A stretch of 63,995 bases of DNA, counting the filler, from Acidimicrobiia bacterium (GTDB lineage Bacteria > Actinomycetota > Acidimicrobiia > Spongiisociales > JAENVV01), in assembly GCA_041577335.1 (NCBI GenBank). It is 11 parts of 11 records of this genome, joined end to end, with 100 filler letters (N's around TTAATTAATTAA, not from the genome) between each part and the next. Parts side by side here need not be neighbours in the genome. Positions count along the whole stretch, not along the records: positions 50,960 to 56,435 come from JBFGJH010000108.1; positions 56,536 to 61,858 come from JBFGJH010000109.1; positions 61,959 to 63,995 come from JBFGJH010000122.1; 8 more parts are not named here. One strand, given 5' to 3'. The notes under the pieces were generated by a model. That model was not told the DNA's origin and searched no databases. It saw only the letters and a program-made list of their open reading frames with translations. Below are positions 50,995 to 62,705 of the stretch, piece after piece. The first letter of the stretch is position 1. Every line of letters begins with the position of its first letter. Made by a program: the position numbers and the translations under genes.

Positions 50995-53900
50995 ATGACC
51001 GTCACGACGAGACACGCCACCGACCCATTCCAGGCCTATGTGCCGCACCTTCTCGTCGAATGGCACCTCGACCATCCGGACGAGACACACCGCGAGATCG
51101 ACGGGACCATGGTGTTTGCCGACATCTCGGGCTTCACCGCATTGTCGGAGATGTTGTCCCAATACGGCAACCTGGGAGCCGAAGAAGTCACAGACGTCAT
51201 CGGCGATTGCTTCCAAGCGCTGTTGGACGTCGTCTACCCGCTGGGAGGACGGCTCCTCAAGTTCGGGGGGGACGCGCTGCTGCTGTTGTTCACCGGCCCC
51301 GGCCACGAGCGTCGCGCGGTGAATGCAGCAGTGGGCATGCTGCGGGAGATGAAGAGGGTGGGCAACGTCCGAACCACCGGCGGAAGAATCACCTTACGAA
51401 TGTCGATCGGCATCCACTCCGGCTCGTTCGACTTCTATCTGGTCGGCGAGTCCCATCGCGAGCTGATCATCACCGGGTCGGCTGCCACCACCACCGCCGA
51501 AATGGAGACCGCCGCCGACGCCGGCGAGATCGCAGCATCTCCGGCGACCATCGAAGCCCTGCCGAAGGACGTAGTCGGTTCCCGCAAGGGTCCCGGCTTC
51601 TTGATCACCGGCCCGGTCGAGGACGTGGGCGAGATCGAGATCGACGTGCGGGAACCCGACGTCAGCCTCGAATCCTTCGTGCCCGTCGCCATCCGCGAAC
51701 CGATCCTGGCGGACGCCATCGAGGCCGAGCACCGGCTGGTGACCGTGGCCTTCATCCAGTTCTTCGAGGTCAATGCCATGCGGGAGCGGGAGGGAATGGC
51801 GGGCGTGGCCCGGGCCCTGCAGGAACTGGTAGAGGATGTACAGGACGCGGTGGATTCGCGCAACCTGACTTTCGTCTCCACCGACATCTACGACGACGGC
51901 GGCAAGATCATCCTGGCCGCCGGCGCCCCCACCTCCACCGGCACCGACGAAGAGCGAATGCTCGACGCGTTGAGAGAGATCGTCACGAAAGATCGAGCGC
52001 TCCCGATTCGCGTCGGTGTCAATCGCGGGCACGTATTCGCCGGTGACGTGGGTCCCGATTACCGCCACACCTACACCGTCATGGGCGACGGGGTCAACCT
52101 GGCGGCCCGGCTGATGTCTGCCGCCCAGCCGGGAGAGATCCGCTCCACTCCCGCCGTGCTGAATCATTCTCGCACGATGTATGACATGACCCCGCTCGAG
52201 CCCTTCATGGTCAAAGGCAAGAGCGAACCAATCCAGGCGTGCTCGGTGGGCGAGGAAATCGGTACCCGTATCGACGTGGACGATCACGACCTGCCGTTCA
52301 AGGGCAGGGATGCGGAACTGACCCAGCTGAAGGAAATCTTGGAAGAGATCAGAGCAGGGGTCGGAGCGGTGGTGACGGTTAGCGGCGACCGTGGAATCGG
52401 CAAAACCCGTCTTGTGGAGGAGGCGATCCGAGATTTTGAACCAAGGCTTGAAGTCCGGGCTGAGCCCTATGGGGTCACCAATCCGTACCGGGCGCTACGC
52501 GACCCGATGCGGGCCTTATTGAGGATCGAACGCGGCGACCATGCGTCAATGGCCGAAATGCTGAGAACGGCCATCAAAGAACTCGATGCATCGCTGCTTC
52601 CGTTGCTGCCCCTCGTCGCCGACATCGTTCAAGTCGAAGTTCCGTCCACCGCCGAGGTCGACGACATCGAGCCACGATTTCGACCGGATCGAGCGGCGGA
52701 CATCCTCATCGCCCTCATCGCAGCCTGCGTCCCCGGGCCGCTCGCAATCCTCGTCGACGATGCCCACTGGGTGGATGAGGCCTCGACCAAACTTCTCTAT
52801 CGGCTGTGCCAGGAGACCGCCACTCGCCCGTGGGTCATCTTCACCACTCGGCGCGGAGCCGACTCCGGATTCGCACCGCCGGGCGCGACGATCCGGCTGG
52901 CGCCGCTGGACGAGCCGACCTCCCGGGCGATCGCCATCGACGTGACCGACGACGCACCGCTGCGGCCCCACGAACTCGACGCCATCGTCGACCGCACCGG
53001 CGGCAATCCCCTGTACCTGGCCGAGGTGTTGGCCGCCGTACGCACCGCCGGCAGCTTCAGCGACCTCCCCGATTCGCTCGACGCGCTGGTCACCACCCAG
53101 ATCGACGCGCTGCCCCCCGGTTCTCGCCAACTACTGCGGTACGCCAGCGTGCTCGGGCGCAGCTTCCGCCCCGAACTGCTGCGGCGCATCCTGAACGGAG
53201 ACGCAGATGATGTGAACCGGCTCATCCACAAGGATCTCTCTGCTTTCCTGGAGCTGACCGATGGTCGTGTTCGGTTCCGCCACAGCATCCATCGTGACGC
53301 CGCATACGAAGGTCTTTCGTTCCGTAAGCGGCGCGAATTGCACCTTGCCGCCGGCCGGGCCATCCACGAGTTGGCCCCCGATCCCGACGCTGTGGCCGAC
53401 GCCCTAGGCATGCACTTCTTCCTGGGACACGATTTCGAATTGGCGTGGAAGTACTCCCGAATTGCCGGCGACGACGCACGTGACGCCTACGGAAACGTGG
53501 AGGCGGCCACCAACTACGAACGTGCCCTGGAGGCCGGCAAGAGGCTGAAGAACCTCGACAAGGCCGACGTGGCCAAGGTGTGGATCGCGCTGGGCGATGT
53601 TCGCGAGCAAATCGCGAAGTTTCCAGACGCTATTGACGCATTCCGGCGGGCGGGCAAGCTCCTCTCTAGCGATCCGGTGGCCCAGGCCGATGTGATCGCC
53701 AAGCGAGCTTTGGCGAAAATGCGTGACATGGCCTACACCAGCGCACTGGCCGACACGACTCGCGGGCTGAACCTCCTCGAGCCAGTCGGCACCATGGATG
53801 CGGGACGGGCGCGCGCCCGCCTCATGACGACTCGTGCGCGGATTCTCATGAACCAGCGGAGACTCCGCCAGGCCCTCGACGCCGCCCAGGAGGCCATCGG

Positions 53901-54786
53901 TATGGCCAAGGCGGCGAATGAGGAAGAGTCCCTTCTTGGCGCCTACGATGTTCACGACGGCGCTCAATTAGACATGGGTCAACCGGAGAAGGCCATCTAC
54001 TCCGAGAAAGCGCTCGCAATCGCAGAAAGAATCGGACTTCTGCCTGCCGCCTCGATGATCACGAACAACCTCGGAGCGAAAGCGTATTTCGCCGGCGAGT
54101 GGGACCGAGCCCTCGACATGTATGGCAAGAGCATGGATTCTTTCGAGCGGGCCGGCAACACAACGATGGCAGCCATGGCGGGATCCAACATCGGCGAGTT
54201 GCTGGTGAGCCAGCGCAAATTCGATGAAGCCGAGCCGATCCTTCTCGACTCAATCCGAGTTCTGCGGGCATCCGATGCCAAAGACCCAGCGTTGTTCGCA
54301 GAAACCCAATTGGGACGCCTGTACGCCGAACGGGGAGATCACGAAAAAGCAGTCCCGATTCTCGAGGTAGCCAGGAGCCAACTGCTCGAGGAGGGACAAG
54401 CGGTTAACAGCCTCGAGGCGGCGATATATCTGGCAGCTGCGCACATCAAGGCGGGTGATCCGAACAGAGCACTCGACCTGCTCGAGGACGCCGAGGCTGC
54501 GGCAGGAAGCGAAGTGGTTGTCATGGCAGCAATGCTTGGCCGGGTTCGAGGAGCTGCCCTCGCTGTCCTGGGACACAAGGAAGCCGCGCTCGCCGAACTC
54601 AACGAGGCGCTGGAGCTGGCCTCCCAACAGGGCCTCATCTACGAACGGGCGCTGAGTCTCCAGGCCTGCGTCGACCTCAGCCCGGATGTGCGCAGTGAGG
54701 AAGCTCGCTCCATGCAGGCCAACGCCGAAGCACTCTTCGAGCGCCTCGGCGTGGAGCCGGCCACCTACTCGGGCCCACCGAACTAG
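50995..54786 (+). CDS. Tandem class III nucleotidyl cyclase - STAND ATPase - TPR protein, version B
   Basis: Same length and motifs as version A; about 110 substitutions by manual count (~91% identity). Confidence 0.93.
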   Translation: MTVTTRHATDPFQAYVPHLLVEWHLDHPDETHREIDGTMVFADISGFTALSEMLSQYGNLGAEEVTDVIGDCFQALLDVVYPLGGRLLKFGGDALLLLFTGPGHERRAVNAAVGMLREMKRVGNVRTTGGRITLRMSIGIHSGSFDFYLVGESHRELIITGSAATTTAEMETAADAGEIAASPATIEALPKDVVGSRKGPGFLITGPVEDVGEIEIDVREPDVSLESFVPVAIREPILADAIEAEHRLVTVAFIQFFEVNAMREREGMAGVARALQELVEDVQDAVDSRNLTFVSTDIYDDGGKIILAAGAPTSTGTDEERMLDALREIVTKDRALPIRVGVNRGHVFAGDVGPDYRHTYTVMGDGVNLAARLMSAAQPGEIRSTPAVLNHSRTMYDMTPLEPFMVKGKSEPIQACSVGEEIGTRIDVDDHDLPFKGRDAELTQLKEILEEIRAGVGAVVTVSGDRGIGKTRLVEEAIRDFEPRLEVRAEPYGVTNPYRALRDPMRALLRIERGDHASMAEMLRTAIKELDASLLPLLPLVADIVQVEVPSTAEVDDIEPRFRPDRAADILIALIAACVPGPLAILVDDAHWVDEASTKLLYRLCQETATRPWVIFTTRRGADSGFAPPGATIRLAPLDEPTSRAIAIDVTDDAPLRPHELDAIVDRTGGNPLYLAEVLAAVRTAGSFSDLPDSLDALVTTQIDALPPGSRQLLRYASVLGRSFRPELLRRILNGDADDVNRLIHKDLSAFLELTDGRVRFRHSIHRDAAYEGLSFRKRRELHLAAGRAIHELAPDPDAVADALGMHFFLGHDFELAWKYSRIAGDDARDAYGNVEAATNYERALEAGKRLKNLDKADVAKVWIALGDVREQIAKFPDAIDAFRRAGKLLSSDPVAQADVIAKRALAKMRDMAYTSALADTTRGLNLLEPVGTMDAGRARARLMTTRARILMNQRRLRQALDAAQEAIGMAKAANEEESLLGAYDVHDGAQLDMGQPEKAIYSEKALAIAERIGLLPAASMITNNLGAKAYFAGEWDRALDMYGKSMDSFERAGNTTMAAMAGSNIGELLVSQRKFDEAEPILLDSIRVLRASDAKDPALFAETQLGRLYAERGDHEKAVPILEVARSQLLEEGQAVNSLEAAIYLAAAHIKAGDPNRALDLLEDAEAAAGSEVVVMAAMLGRVRGAALAVLGHKEAALAELNEALELASQQGLIYERALSLQACVDLSPDVRSEEARSMQANAEALFERLGVEPATYSGPPN

Positions 54787-56120
54787 TAGATCTTGTACGG
54801 ATCTCCGAATCCGTAGGTGTCGAACGTCCTGACGACCTCTCCCGCCCTGGCAACCGATTCCGAGCGAACCAGGCACCAGGTCTCCTCCCCGGCTAGCGGG
54901 GGCTCGTTGCCATCAGGTAGCTGCGGATAGAACTCAATCTTGTCAGTAGTAGACGGATCGTCTCCCACGGACTCGAGGATCTTCTTCCGCTGATTCTCTC
55001 CCGCGAGGTTGATGGCACCTGTCCATTGAGCTGGCACCGTTTCGTTGTCCACACCGGTGTTCTCGACCACCACACACCACTCCATCTCGTTGAAGGGGCC
55101 AGGCGGGGGGACGTCGTCGTACTGCAACGTCCGTTGCTGCGTAGCCGGCTGCGTCGCTTCTGTGCCAACAAACTGGCCTAGGAAGTACGCTTTCTCCTGT
55201 CCCGGAGCCGGAGCGGGGAAGAACGTTACGACACCCTCCTGAGTTTCATTGACATCCGCGTTGTACGGCTTGGGAGCGCAGTCGGAGCCATCCCCATTTG
55301 CGAGACGCCAGTACTGGCCATTGACGGCGCTCGCCGTCTGACTGATCAGGTCAGTCGTGTCGCCGCAATCGAGAAGTCCGACAATCTCAAACCAGGTGTC
55401 GAGAGTGGGATCACCCAACACGTCGATGACCGAGACCGCCCCCGTCGATGTTAGCCGCACCCCGTTGAACAACACGTCGTCGATGCTGTCGGCTTTGGTC
55501 CTGTCGTAATGGACGGCGGCCGCATCGGCCAGACCTGAATCGGGGCCGCAGTCAGATCCTGTGCACTGCAGCACGATTTGGGGATTCGGATTGTCTTGGG
55601 CGACCACCACGCCGTCTAGCAAACGCTCGACCTTCATGTCGCCGTTGAACTTGAATTCGGCGGCGATCTGGAATGAGCCGAAGAACTTCGTTTCCAGGGT
55701 GGGGGCGGCATTGGCGTTCGTGTTGTCGATCCGGATCGTCAACGTTTCTCCCACATTGACGCGACGGCACGGCTCACCGTTGCCTTCTCCCTGGGATTTG
55801 ACACCGAGTGCATGGTTGCGCAATCCCACGATGGCGTTGCCGGGTCCGGTCGCACCCAGCGTGACCACATCGGGCGACCCGCTCTCCGTGGCCTTGCACT
55901 GTTGCGCGATCGTCAACAACTCGGTAAAGGCCACGTTGTTCTGGTCCTTGTACACGAACTTGTCGCCTTCCGTGCCATCGAGGACCAGGTCGAGGACGTT
56001 TTTCGCGGGTTTCTGATAGCTGACGGTGTCATTGGCGCCGGCGCTTCCGGCGACCACCAATGAACCCAGCAGAGCCATCATTGCAAAAAGAGTCGTCATT
56101 CGTTTGGCACGAACCTGCAT
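54783..56120 (-). CDS. Secreted Cys-rich protein of unknown function, version B (445 aa)
   Basis: AGGAGG RBS; same signal peptide and Cys pattern as version A; ends GFGDPYKIY. Confidence 0.85.
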   Translation of the reverse strand: MQVRAKRMTTLFAMMALLGSLVVAGSAGANDTVSYQKPAKNVLDLVLDGTEGDKFVYKDQNNVAFTELLTIAQQCKATESGSPDVVTLGATGPGNAIVGLRNHALGVKSQGEGNGEPCRRVNVGETLTIRIDNTNANAAPTLETKFFGSFQIAAEFKFNGDMKVERLLDGVVVAQDNPNPQIVLQCTGSDCGPDSGLADAAAVHYDRTKADSIDDVLFNGVRLTSTGAVSVIDVLGDPTLDTWFEIVGLLDCGDTTDLISQTASAVNGQYWRLANGDGSDCAPKPYNADVNETQEGVVTFFPAPAPGQEKAYFLGQFVGTEATQPATQQRTLQYDDVPPPGPFNEMEWCVVVENTGVDNETVPAQWTGAINLAGENQRKKILESVGDDPSTTDKIEFYPQLPDGNEPPLAGEETWCLVRSESVARAGEVVRTFDTYGFGDPYKIY

Positions 56121-56535
56121 GTTGCCTCCTGATGAATGCCAAGCGATCGGACGCCGGCGGTATTGCGTTCGGTTGTTGCGCCCGGCTTGCCCCCGGACGT
56201 ATTTCCACCCTACAGATGCAGGAGTCGCTTGAGACATCGAAGGTGTCGGTCTCACCGATCCCCGTGCCTGAATGTGGTCTTGGAGCAGCCGCCGTCGGGT
56301 TTTGCGCCGGTAAAAATCCGCAATGGCCCCAGCGTGAGGGGAGATCTCGGTGACGAGACCGTCGACTGCCTAGAGCGCCGAGATGTCGGACGTGCCGGTC
56401 ACGTCGATGGTTCGGTGCTCGCCGGCCGGTGGCCCNNNNNNNNNNNNNNNNNNNNNNNNNNNNNNNNNNNNNNNNNNNNTTAATTAATTAANNNNNNNNN
56501 NNNNNNNNNNNNNNNNNNNNNNNNNNNNNNNNNNN

Positions 56536-57367
56536 CCAGAACCTGGCCTTCTTCGAGACGGTTATCGAACCGGCGCAACGGCAGATGCAAGAGCGACTCA
56601 CGGACGAGGGCCTACCCGGCTTGCGTGCAGTGGCCAATCGGGCCGTGGCCGCCGAGACGGGTGTGCTCCTTGGCTTCCTCTCCCGCAAGGTGCTCGGCCA
56701 ATATGAGCTGGTGCTCCCATCGAAGGAAGGAGGCGACACGGTCTATCTCGTGGGGCCGAACATCCTTGAACTGGAGCGCAAACACCAGTTCCGACCTTCC
56801 GAGTTTCGTCTCTGGATTGCTCTGCATGAATGCGCGCATCGACTCCAGTTCGTGGCGGTCCCGTGGATGCGCGACTACTTCCTCGGTCTGGTCACGGAGC
56901 TGGTTGCCGCATCGCATCCCGACGGCGGACGCTGGGGCCGCCTGATCGACGAGTTGCGTCGCTCCGCCTCGTCATCAGAGCCACTCATTGGCGAGCGGGG
57001 CATCTTCGGCCTGTTGGCCAACGAAGAACAGGTGGCCGTTCTCGATCGGGTCCAGGCGCTGATGTCGGTCCTGGAGGGCCACGGACATGTGATCATGGAC
57101 CGTCTCGGTGAGCGCGAACTGGTTTCCTCTGCCCGCATGTCCGATCTGCTCAAGCAGCGCCGTCAGGATCCGCGGACAGCTGCCTTCTATCGCCTGACCG
57201 GCCTCGAAATGAAGATGCGTCAGTACGCCGAAGGAGAACGGTTCGTCGTCGGGGTCGAAGATCTCGCCGGATGGGAAGCGCTCGACATGCTGTGGCAAGG
57301 TCCGGAGAGCCTGCCAACGCTCGAAGAGATTCGCGAGCCACGCCAATGGCTGAGTCGCGTCGGCTGA
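56536..57367 (+). CDS. Zinc-dependent metalloprotease (DUF2342-like), 5'-truncated
   Basis: VLGQYE, WIALHECAH, MSVLEGHG; usual position upstream of tilS. Confidence 0.88.
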
Positions 57368-58653
57368 GCGCCGAGGCCGCTCTGGCGGGCGACTCGCTGC
57401 AGGGCCGCAAGTGTGTCGTGGCACTCAGCGGTGGGCCTGATTCGGCTGCGCTCGGATGGCTGGCCCAACGGTTCGCCGACGAGGTGCGCTTCGTCCATGT
57501 GAACCATGGGCTCCCCGGCTCGGGCCAGATGGAATCTGCCGCGCGATCGGTAGCCGCCACATTCGGCGGCCGCCTTGGGGTGATCAGCGTGCATGTCCCT
57601 GAAGGGCCGTCGCCCGAAGCCCAGGCGCGCACCGCTCGCTACCGAGTATTGCTGGAGGCTCTCAGGCCCGGCGAGGTGCTGGTGACGGGCCACACCGCCG
57701 ATGATGTTGCCGAGACGATTCTCATCAATCTCGGGCGGGGCACCGGGTTGGCGGGGTTGGCGGGTATCCCAGAGCAGCGTGGCCCGATCATGCGCCCGCT
57801 GCTGAGGCTCCGCCGCTCCGAGGTGTTGGCGCTCGCACGGGCCCAGTCGTTGCCCTATTCGGTCGACCCTGCCAACACGGACACCGGGTTTCTTCGCAAC
57901 CGAATCCGCCATGATGTCCTGCCGGGCTACGAAAAGGCATTGGAGCGAGATCCAGTCCCGGGCCTCACTCGAACGGCTGCCCTCGCCGGCGAAGCCTTCG
58001 CGACGATCGAAGCTGCGGCGCGGTCGGTCCCAATCGTCGTGCAAGGCGGGGTGGCCCGGACACCACTGATACGCCTGGCTATCGAAGCGGCGGCCATTCA
58101 AACTGAGGTAGTTCGCCGTCTCATCCGTGCGGTGCGGCCTCCCTATCCGCCGAGCGCGGCGGAAGTGGGTCGGGTGCTGGCAGTGGCACGCGGTGAGACC
58201 GGGACGGAGCTCGAAGGCAGGATCGTTGTGTCGAGGTCTCGGACCAATCTCCTGATCGGCCCCCAGCCCGGCCGCCCCCCGGATCCGGCTCTGTGGGGGG
58301 ACGAGATCGTCGAATTCGAGGGTTGGCGATTACGAAAGCGACTCGTCGAGTCCGCCGGCCGGCGACTCGCCACGGGCATGGCTTGTTTCGTGCCGGATAC
58401 CGGAGGCGAACTCGTGGTCCGCGCCGTGCAGGTGGGCGATGCCTTTCCGATTCCTGGCGGAACGAAGGCCGTTTCGGCGGCCATCGCCGAAGCGGGCACG
58501 CCGCGACCGGCCCGATCGAGGTATCCGGTTGTGGCGTGCGATGGCGTCGTTGTGTGGATCCCTGGCGTTCGAGCGACGAGCGTCGGTTGGGAAGAGCGGG
58601 CATCGGGCCGCTACCTTTTGCTCGACATCATCGAGGAGGGTCCGTGGAAGTAG
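57346..58653 (+). CDS. tilS: tRNA(Ile)-lysidine synthetase
   Basis: ALSGGPDS, HVNHGL, ARTARY, GHTADD, RNRIR. Confidence 0.95.
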   Translation: MAESRRLSAEAALAGDSLQGRKCVVALSGGPDSAALGWLAQRFADEVRFVHVNHGLPGSGQMESAARSVAATFGGRLGVISVHVPEGPSPEAQARTARYRVLLEALRPGEVLVTGHTADDVAETILINLGRGTGLAGLAGIPEQRGPIMRPLLRLRRSEVLALARAQSLPYSVDPANTDTGFLRNRIRHDVLPGYEKALERDPVPGLTRTAALAGEAFATIEAAARSVPIVVQGGVARTPLIRLAIEAAAIQTEVVRRLIRAVRPPYPPSAAEVGRVLAVARGETGTELEGRIVVSRSRTNLLIGPQPGRPPDPALWGDEIVEFEGWRLRKRLVESAGRRLATGMACFVPDTGGELVVRAVQVGDAFPIPGGTKAVSAAIAEAGTPRPARSRYPVVACDGVVVWIPGVRATSVGWEERASGRYLLLDIIEEGPWK

Positions 58654-59159
58654 CCAAGGTGCTGATCTCCGAAGAAGAGATCGCCGCCAAATTGGCCGAG
58701 ATGGGCAAGCAGATATCAGCCGACTATGCCAATGAGGACCTCTTGATGGTTGGCGTGCTCAAGGGAGCCTTCATCGTCATGGCCGACCTTGCTCGCTACG
58801 TAGACCTTCCGGTCGAGTTCGACTTCATGGCGGTCTCCTCTTATGGGGCAGCGACGCAGACGTCGGGTGTGGTGCGCATCCTCAAGGACCTCGACCAGGA
58901 GATCGCCGGGAGAAACGTGCTCATCGTCGAGGACATCATCGATTCAGGTCTGACCTTGAGTTACCTGATGAAGAGCCTGCGAGTACGGCGCCCGAAGACA
59001 CTCGAAGTGGCCACTCTTCTGTTGAAGAAAGACATCCAGAGAGTGCCAATCGATACCAAGTACGTTGGATTTGAGATCGGCCCGGAGTTCGTCGTCGGCT
59101 ACGGTTTGGACTACGCGGGCAAATATCGCAACCTGCCGTATGTCGGCTTGATGGAGTAG
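58644..59159 (+). CDS. hpt: Hypoxanthine phosphoribosyltransferase
   Basis: GVLKGA, VSSYG, VEDIIDSGLT, FVVGYGLDY. Confidence 0.97.
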   Translation: MEVAKVLISEEEIAAKLAEMGKQISADYANEDLLMVGVLKGAFIVMADLARYVDLPVEFDFMAVSSYGAATQTSGVVRILKDLDQEIAGRNVLIVEDIIDSGLTLSYLMKSLRVRRPKTLEVATLLLKKDIQRVPIDTKYVGFEIGPEFVVGYGLDYAGKYRNLPYVGLME

Positions 59160-59258
59160 GCACCGCCGTTGCCCGTGCTCCTCGCTGCGCCGGCGCTAGG
59201 CATAGTGGGGCCGGGTGGATAGCATGACACCACCGACAACCCAACGCCGAGGACCTCC

Positions 59259-61172
59259 TTGAATCGCACCGTTCGCACCATCATCATCTACGTCGCAGTC
59301 GTGACGTTGTTGTGGCTCGCATTTTCGACGTGGTTCGAGGCTGCCACCCAGCCTGAAGACATGACGCTCTCTGCGTTCAATGAACAGGTAGCGGAAGGCG
59401 AAATCGCGTCTGTCCTGATCTTCCCGGAGGAGGACAAGATCGAGGGCAAGTACACGGATACCGGCGCCGAAGATCCTGCTGATTTTCAGCTGATCTACCC
59501 CGGCGAATTCGAGGACGAGCTGGTCCAAACCCTCAACGATGCCGGTGTCCAGCTCGAAGTGGACCCCGAACCGGTTGGCTTCGGGACGGTGCTCATCCAG
59601 CTCCTTCCATGGCTCTTCATCCTCGGTTTCATGATCTTCATCTTCACGCAGATGCAAGGTGGCGGGAACCGGGTCATGCAGTTCGGCAAGGCCAAAGCCA
59701 AGCAGGTCACCAAAGACCAGCCCAAGGTGACATTCTCGGACGTGGCCGGGGCCGACGAGGCCGTCGAAGAACTACGCGAAATCAAGGACTTTCTCCAGAA
59801 TCCGGCCAAATTCAGGGCGATGGGCGCCAAGATCCCACGTGGCGTGCTGTTGTTCGGACCTCCGGGGACCGGCAAGACGCTTCTGGCCCGCGCCGTTGCC
59901 GGCGAGGCAGGCGTCCCGTTCTTCTCAATCTCGGGGTCGGACTTCGTTGAGATGTTCGTTGGCGTGGGCGCCTCCCGCGTCCGCGACCTCTTCGAGCAAG
60001 CGAAAGCTCACGGTTCGGCCATTGTCTTCATCGACGAGATCGATGCAGTCGGCCGCCATCGCGGCGCCGGCCTCGGCGGCGGCCACGACGAGCGCGAGCA
60101 GACGCTCAACCAGTTGCTGGTGGAGCTGGACGGTTTTGATCCGCAGGTGGGCGTCATCGTCATCGCCGCAACCAACCGACCCGACATCCTCGACCCGGCC
60201 TTGCTCCGCCCAGGTCGATTCGATCGCCAGGTCGTTGTCGACCGACCCGACCTGAAGGGCCGCGAAGCGATCCTCAAAGTCCATGCCCAGGGCAAGCCAC
60301 TGGCCGACGGAATCGATCTGGCGGTGCTCGCCCGCCAAACGCCCGGTTTCACGGGAGCCGACCTCGCCAACCTCATCAACGAAGCGGCCCTCCTCTCCGC
60401 ACGGACCGGAATCGAGCAGATAGGGATGACCGAGCTGGAAGAAGCCATCGAGCGGGTGATCGCCGGTCCCGAGCGCAAGAGTCGGGTGATGTCCGAAGAC
60501 GAGAAGAAGCTGACCGCCTACCACGAAGGCGGGCATGCTTTGGTTGGGTTTGCGTTGCCCAACGCCGATCCGATCCACAAGGTCACGATCATCCCGCGCG
60601 GTCGCGCCGGCGGCTACACCATGGCGCTACCGCTCGAAGACCGCTACTACAACCGGCGCAGCGAGCTCGTCGACCAACTCGCCATGCTGCTGGGCGGCAG
60701 GACCGCCGAGGAGATCATTTTCGTCGATCCTTCGACCGGAGCTTCCAATGACATCGAAAAGGCCACGACCCTGGCTCGGCGGATGGTCATGGAGTTCGGG
60801 ATGAGCGACAAGCTCGGGCCCCTTCAATACGGCAAGCCCGAGGGTGAGGTCTTTTTGGGCCGCGACTACTCGCGTCACTCCGATATCTCCGATGAGGTCT
60901 CCGCAGCGATCGATGAGGAGGTGCGCCATCTCATCACGCAGGCGCACAATGAGGCACGCGAGATCCTCACGACTCACGAGGACGCTTTGCATCGGATCGC
61001 CGAGGTGTTGATGGACAAGGAGACCGTGGACGCTGCCGAGGTGGCCGAGATCTTCGATGATGTTCCCAAATGGGAGCACGCCGGCAACGGACCTCTCCGC
61101 ATTCAGAACCCCGCAGCCAAGGAACTCACCGGAGGCGGCGTCGCCGCCCTCCATTCCGAGACGAACCAGTAG
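59259..61172 (+). CDS. ftsH: ATP-dependent zinc metalloprotease FtsH
   Basis: Two TM helices, [20 protein letters not shown]. Confidence 0.98.
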   Translation: MNRTVRTIIIYVAVVTLLWLAFSTWFEAATQPEDMTLSAFNEQVAEGEIASVLIFPEEDKIEGKYTDTGAEDPADFQLIYPGEFEDELVQTLNDAGVQLEVDPEPVGFGTVLIQLLPWLFILGFMIFIFTQMQGGGNRVMQFGKAKAKQVTKDQPKVTFSDVAGADEAVEELREIKDFLQNPAKFRAMGAKIPRGVLLFGPPGTGKTLLARAVAGEAGVPFFSISGSDFVEMFVGVGASRVRDLFEQAKAHGSAIVFIDEIDAVGRHRGAGLGGGHDEREQTLNQLLVELDGFDPQVGVIVIAATNRPDILDPALLRPGRFDRQVVVDRPDLKGREAILKVHAQGKPLADGIDLAVLARQTPGFTGADLANLINEAALLSARTGIEQIGMTELEEAIERVIAGPERKSRVMSEDEKKLTAYHEGGHALVGFALPNADPIHKVTIIPRGRAGGYTMALPLEDRYYNRRSELVDQLAMLLGGRTAEEIIFVDPSTGASNDIEKATTLARRMVMEFGMSDKLGPLQYGKPEGEVFLGRDYSRHSDISDEVSAAIDEEVRHLITQAHNEAREILTTHEDALHRIAEVLMDKETVDAAEVAEIFDDVPKWEHAGNGPLRIQNPAAKELTGGGVAALHSETNQ

Positions 61173-61180
61173 GGTCGCCT

Positions 61181-61750
61181 ATGAGGCCCACCGTGGACGA
61201 AGAGGCGATCGCTGCAGCGATCCGCCAGATTCTCGAAGCCGTGGGCGAAGACCCCGAACGCGAGGGCCTCGCGGGGACTCCCGTCCGAGTGGCGCGCCTC
61301 TATGCCGAGCTCTTCGAGGGTCTTCGCCAAGACCCTGCCGAGATTCTCGAATCGGTGTTCACCGAAGACGAGCATCGCGAACTGGTCATGGTGAAAGACA
61401 TACCCTTCTATTCGGTTTGTGAGCACCATCTGGTTCCCTTTCACGGCCAGGCCCATGTCGCCTACATCCCCAACGGCCGCCTGACCGGTCTGTCCAAGCT
61501 CGCCCGGCTCGTAGAGGCGTATGCCAAGCGGCCGCAGATGCAGGAGCGGCTCACATCCCAAATTGCCGACACGCTGTGGGACACCGTGGAACCGCTCGGC
61601 GTGATGGTCGTCATCGAAGCCGAGCACCTGTGCATGAGCATGAGAGGCGTCAAGAAACCCGGCGCCAAGACGACGACGTCGGCCGTGCGGGGAACGCTGC
61701 AGACCGATCCGGCCACTCGCGCCGAGGTGCTCTCACTACTGATGGGTTGA
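61181..61750 (+). CDS. folE: GTP cyclohydrolase I
   Basis: [28 protein letters not shown]. Confidence 0.97.
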   Translation: MRPTVDEEAIAAAIRQILEAVGEDPEREGLAGTPVRVARLYAELFEGLRQDPAEILESVFTEDEHRELVMVKDIPFYSVCEHHLVPFHGQAHVAYIPNGRLTGLSKLARLVEAYAKRPQMQERLTSQIADTLWDTVEPLGVMVVIEAEHLCMSMRGVKKPGAKTTTSAVRGTLQTDPATRAEVLSLLMG

Positions 61751-61755
61751 GCGAC

Positions 61756-61858
61756 ATGACCAGGACCTGGCAGGTACGAGGGCGCTCGATGCCGCTCGAT
61801 CACACCCTCATCATGGGGATCCTGAACGTCACTCCGGACTCCTTCTCGGATGGGGGCC
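61756..61858 (+). CDS. folP: Dihydropteroate synthase, N-terminal fragment
   Basis: IMGILNVTPDSFSDGG directly after folE. Confidence 0.93.
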
Positions 61859-61958
61859 NNNNNNNNNNNNNNNNNNNNNNNNNNNNNNNNNNNNNNNNNN
61901 NNTTAATTAATTAANNNNNNNNNNNNNNNNNNNNNNNNNNNNNNNNNNNNNNNNNNNN

Positions 61959-62705
61959 CATCACGCCTGCCACCGCGAGCGCCAAAACACCTATCAATAC
62001 CTGGGCGATCCGGGCCTGGGTCTCGAGCCGGTCGGACAGATCGGAGATCAGACGAGCCGCCTCTTCGGCCACCGCCACATACTCCTCCAAGAGCCGACCC
62101 GACCCGGCCAGGCTGCTGCGTATGGCCGCCAGATCCGCGGCGATGTCCAGGGAGTCACCGCCGAACTCGGCAAGTCCATCTGCAACACCCTCGAACAGGA
62201 TTCCCTGCGCCTCCAGCGTGGGCGGGATCGACGCCAGTTGCTCGTCGATGGCGGCGAGCGCATCGTCGAGAGGCTGATCGGGGTCGTAGTCCACGCCGAC
62301 GAATCGAAGCGCGCGCATCGTTGCGTCTATCACGCCCGCGGTGGCGATCAGGGGCGGCATCGCTTCGTTCACGGCGGAGAGTGATTCGGGTATGTCCATG
62401 GCGACCACGTCTCCGACGTCGCCGGTGAGCTTGGCGAGTTGGGTCATCGTCACCGAGCTGTCCGCAAGGGTCTGCTGCACACCCCTCAACGCTTCGTTCA
62501 CCTCGGCGAGAGTGCCCCGCAGGACGCCGGCCGTCTCCTCCAGGGCTTCGAGTGATCGGTCGGTGGTCGAGAGCCCATCAATCGCCGCGGCAGTTGCCGA
62601 GCCGATGAACCCGATCCCCATCGCCCCGCCCACCAGCGCCGCCGCCAGGCCCACCGCGCCGGCCCAGACCCAGGCCCGGGCCAGCCATCGGGGAACGTCG
62701 AGCAT
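61959..62705 (-). CDS. Membrane protein with coiled-coil between two TM helices, truncated
   Basis: Hydrophobic ends, heptad-like middle; TGATG coupling to upstream GNAT. Confidence 0.65.

Noticed and set aside
56536..61858. Metalloprotease-tilS-hpt-ftsH-folE-folP cluster as a novel system
   Set aside because: Well-known conserved actinobacterial gene order
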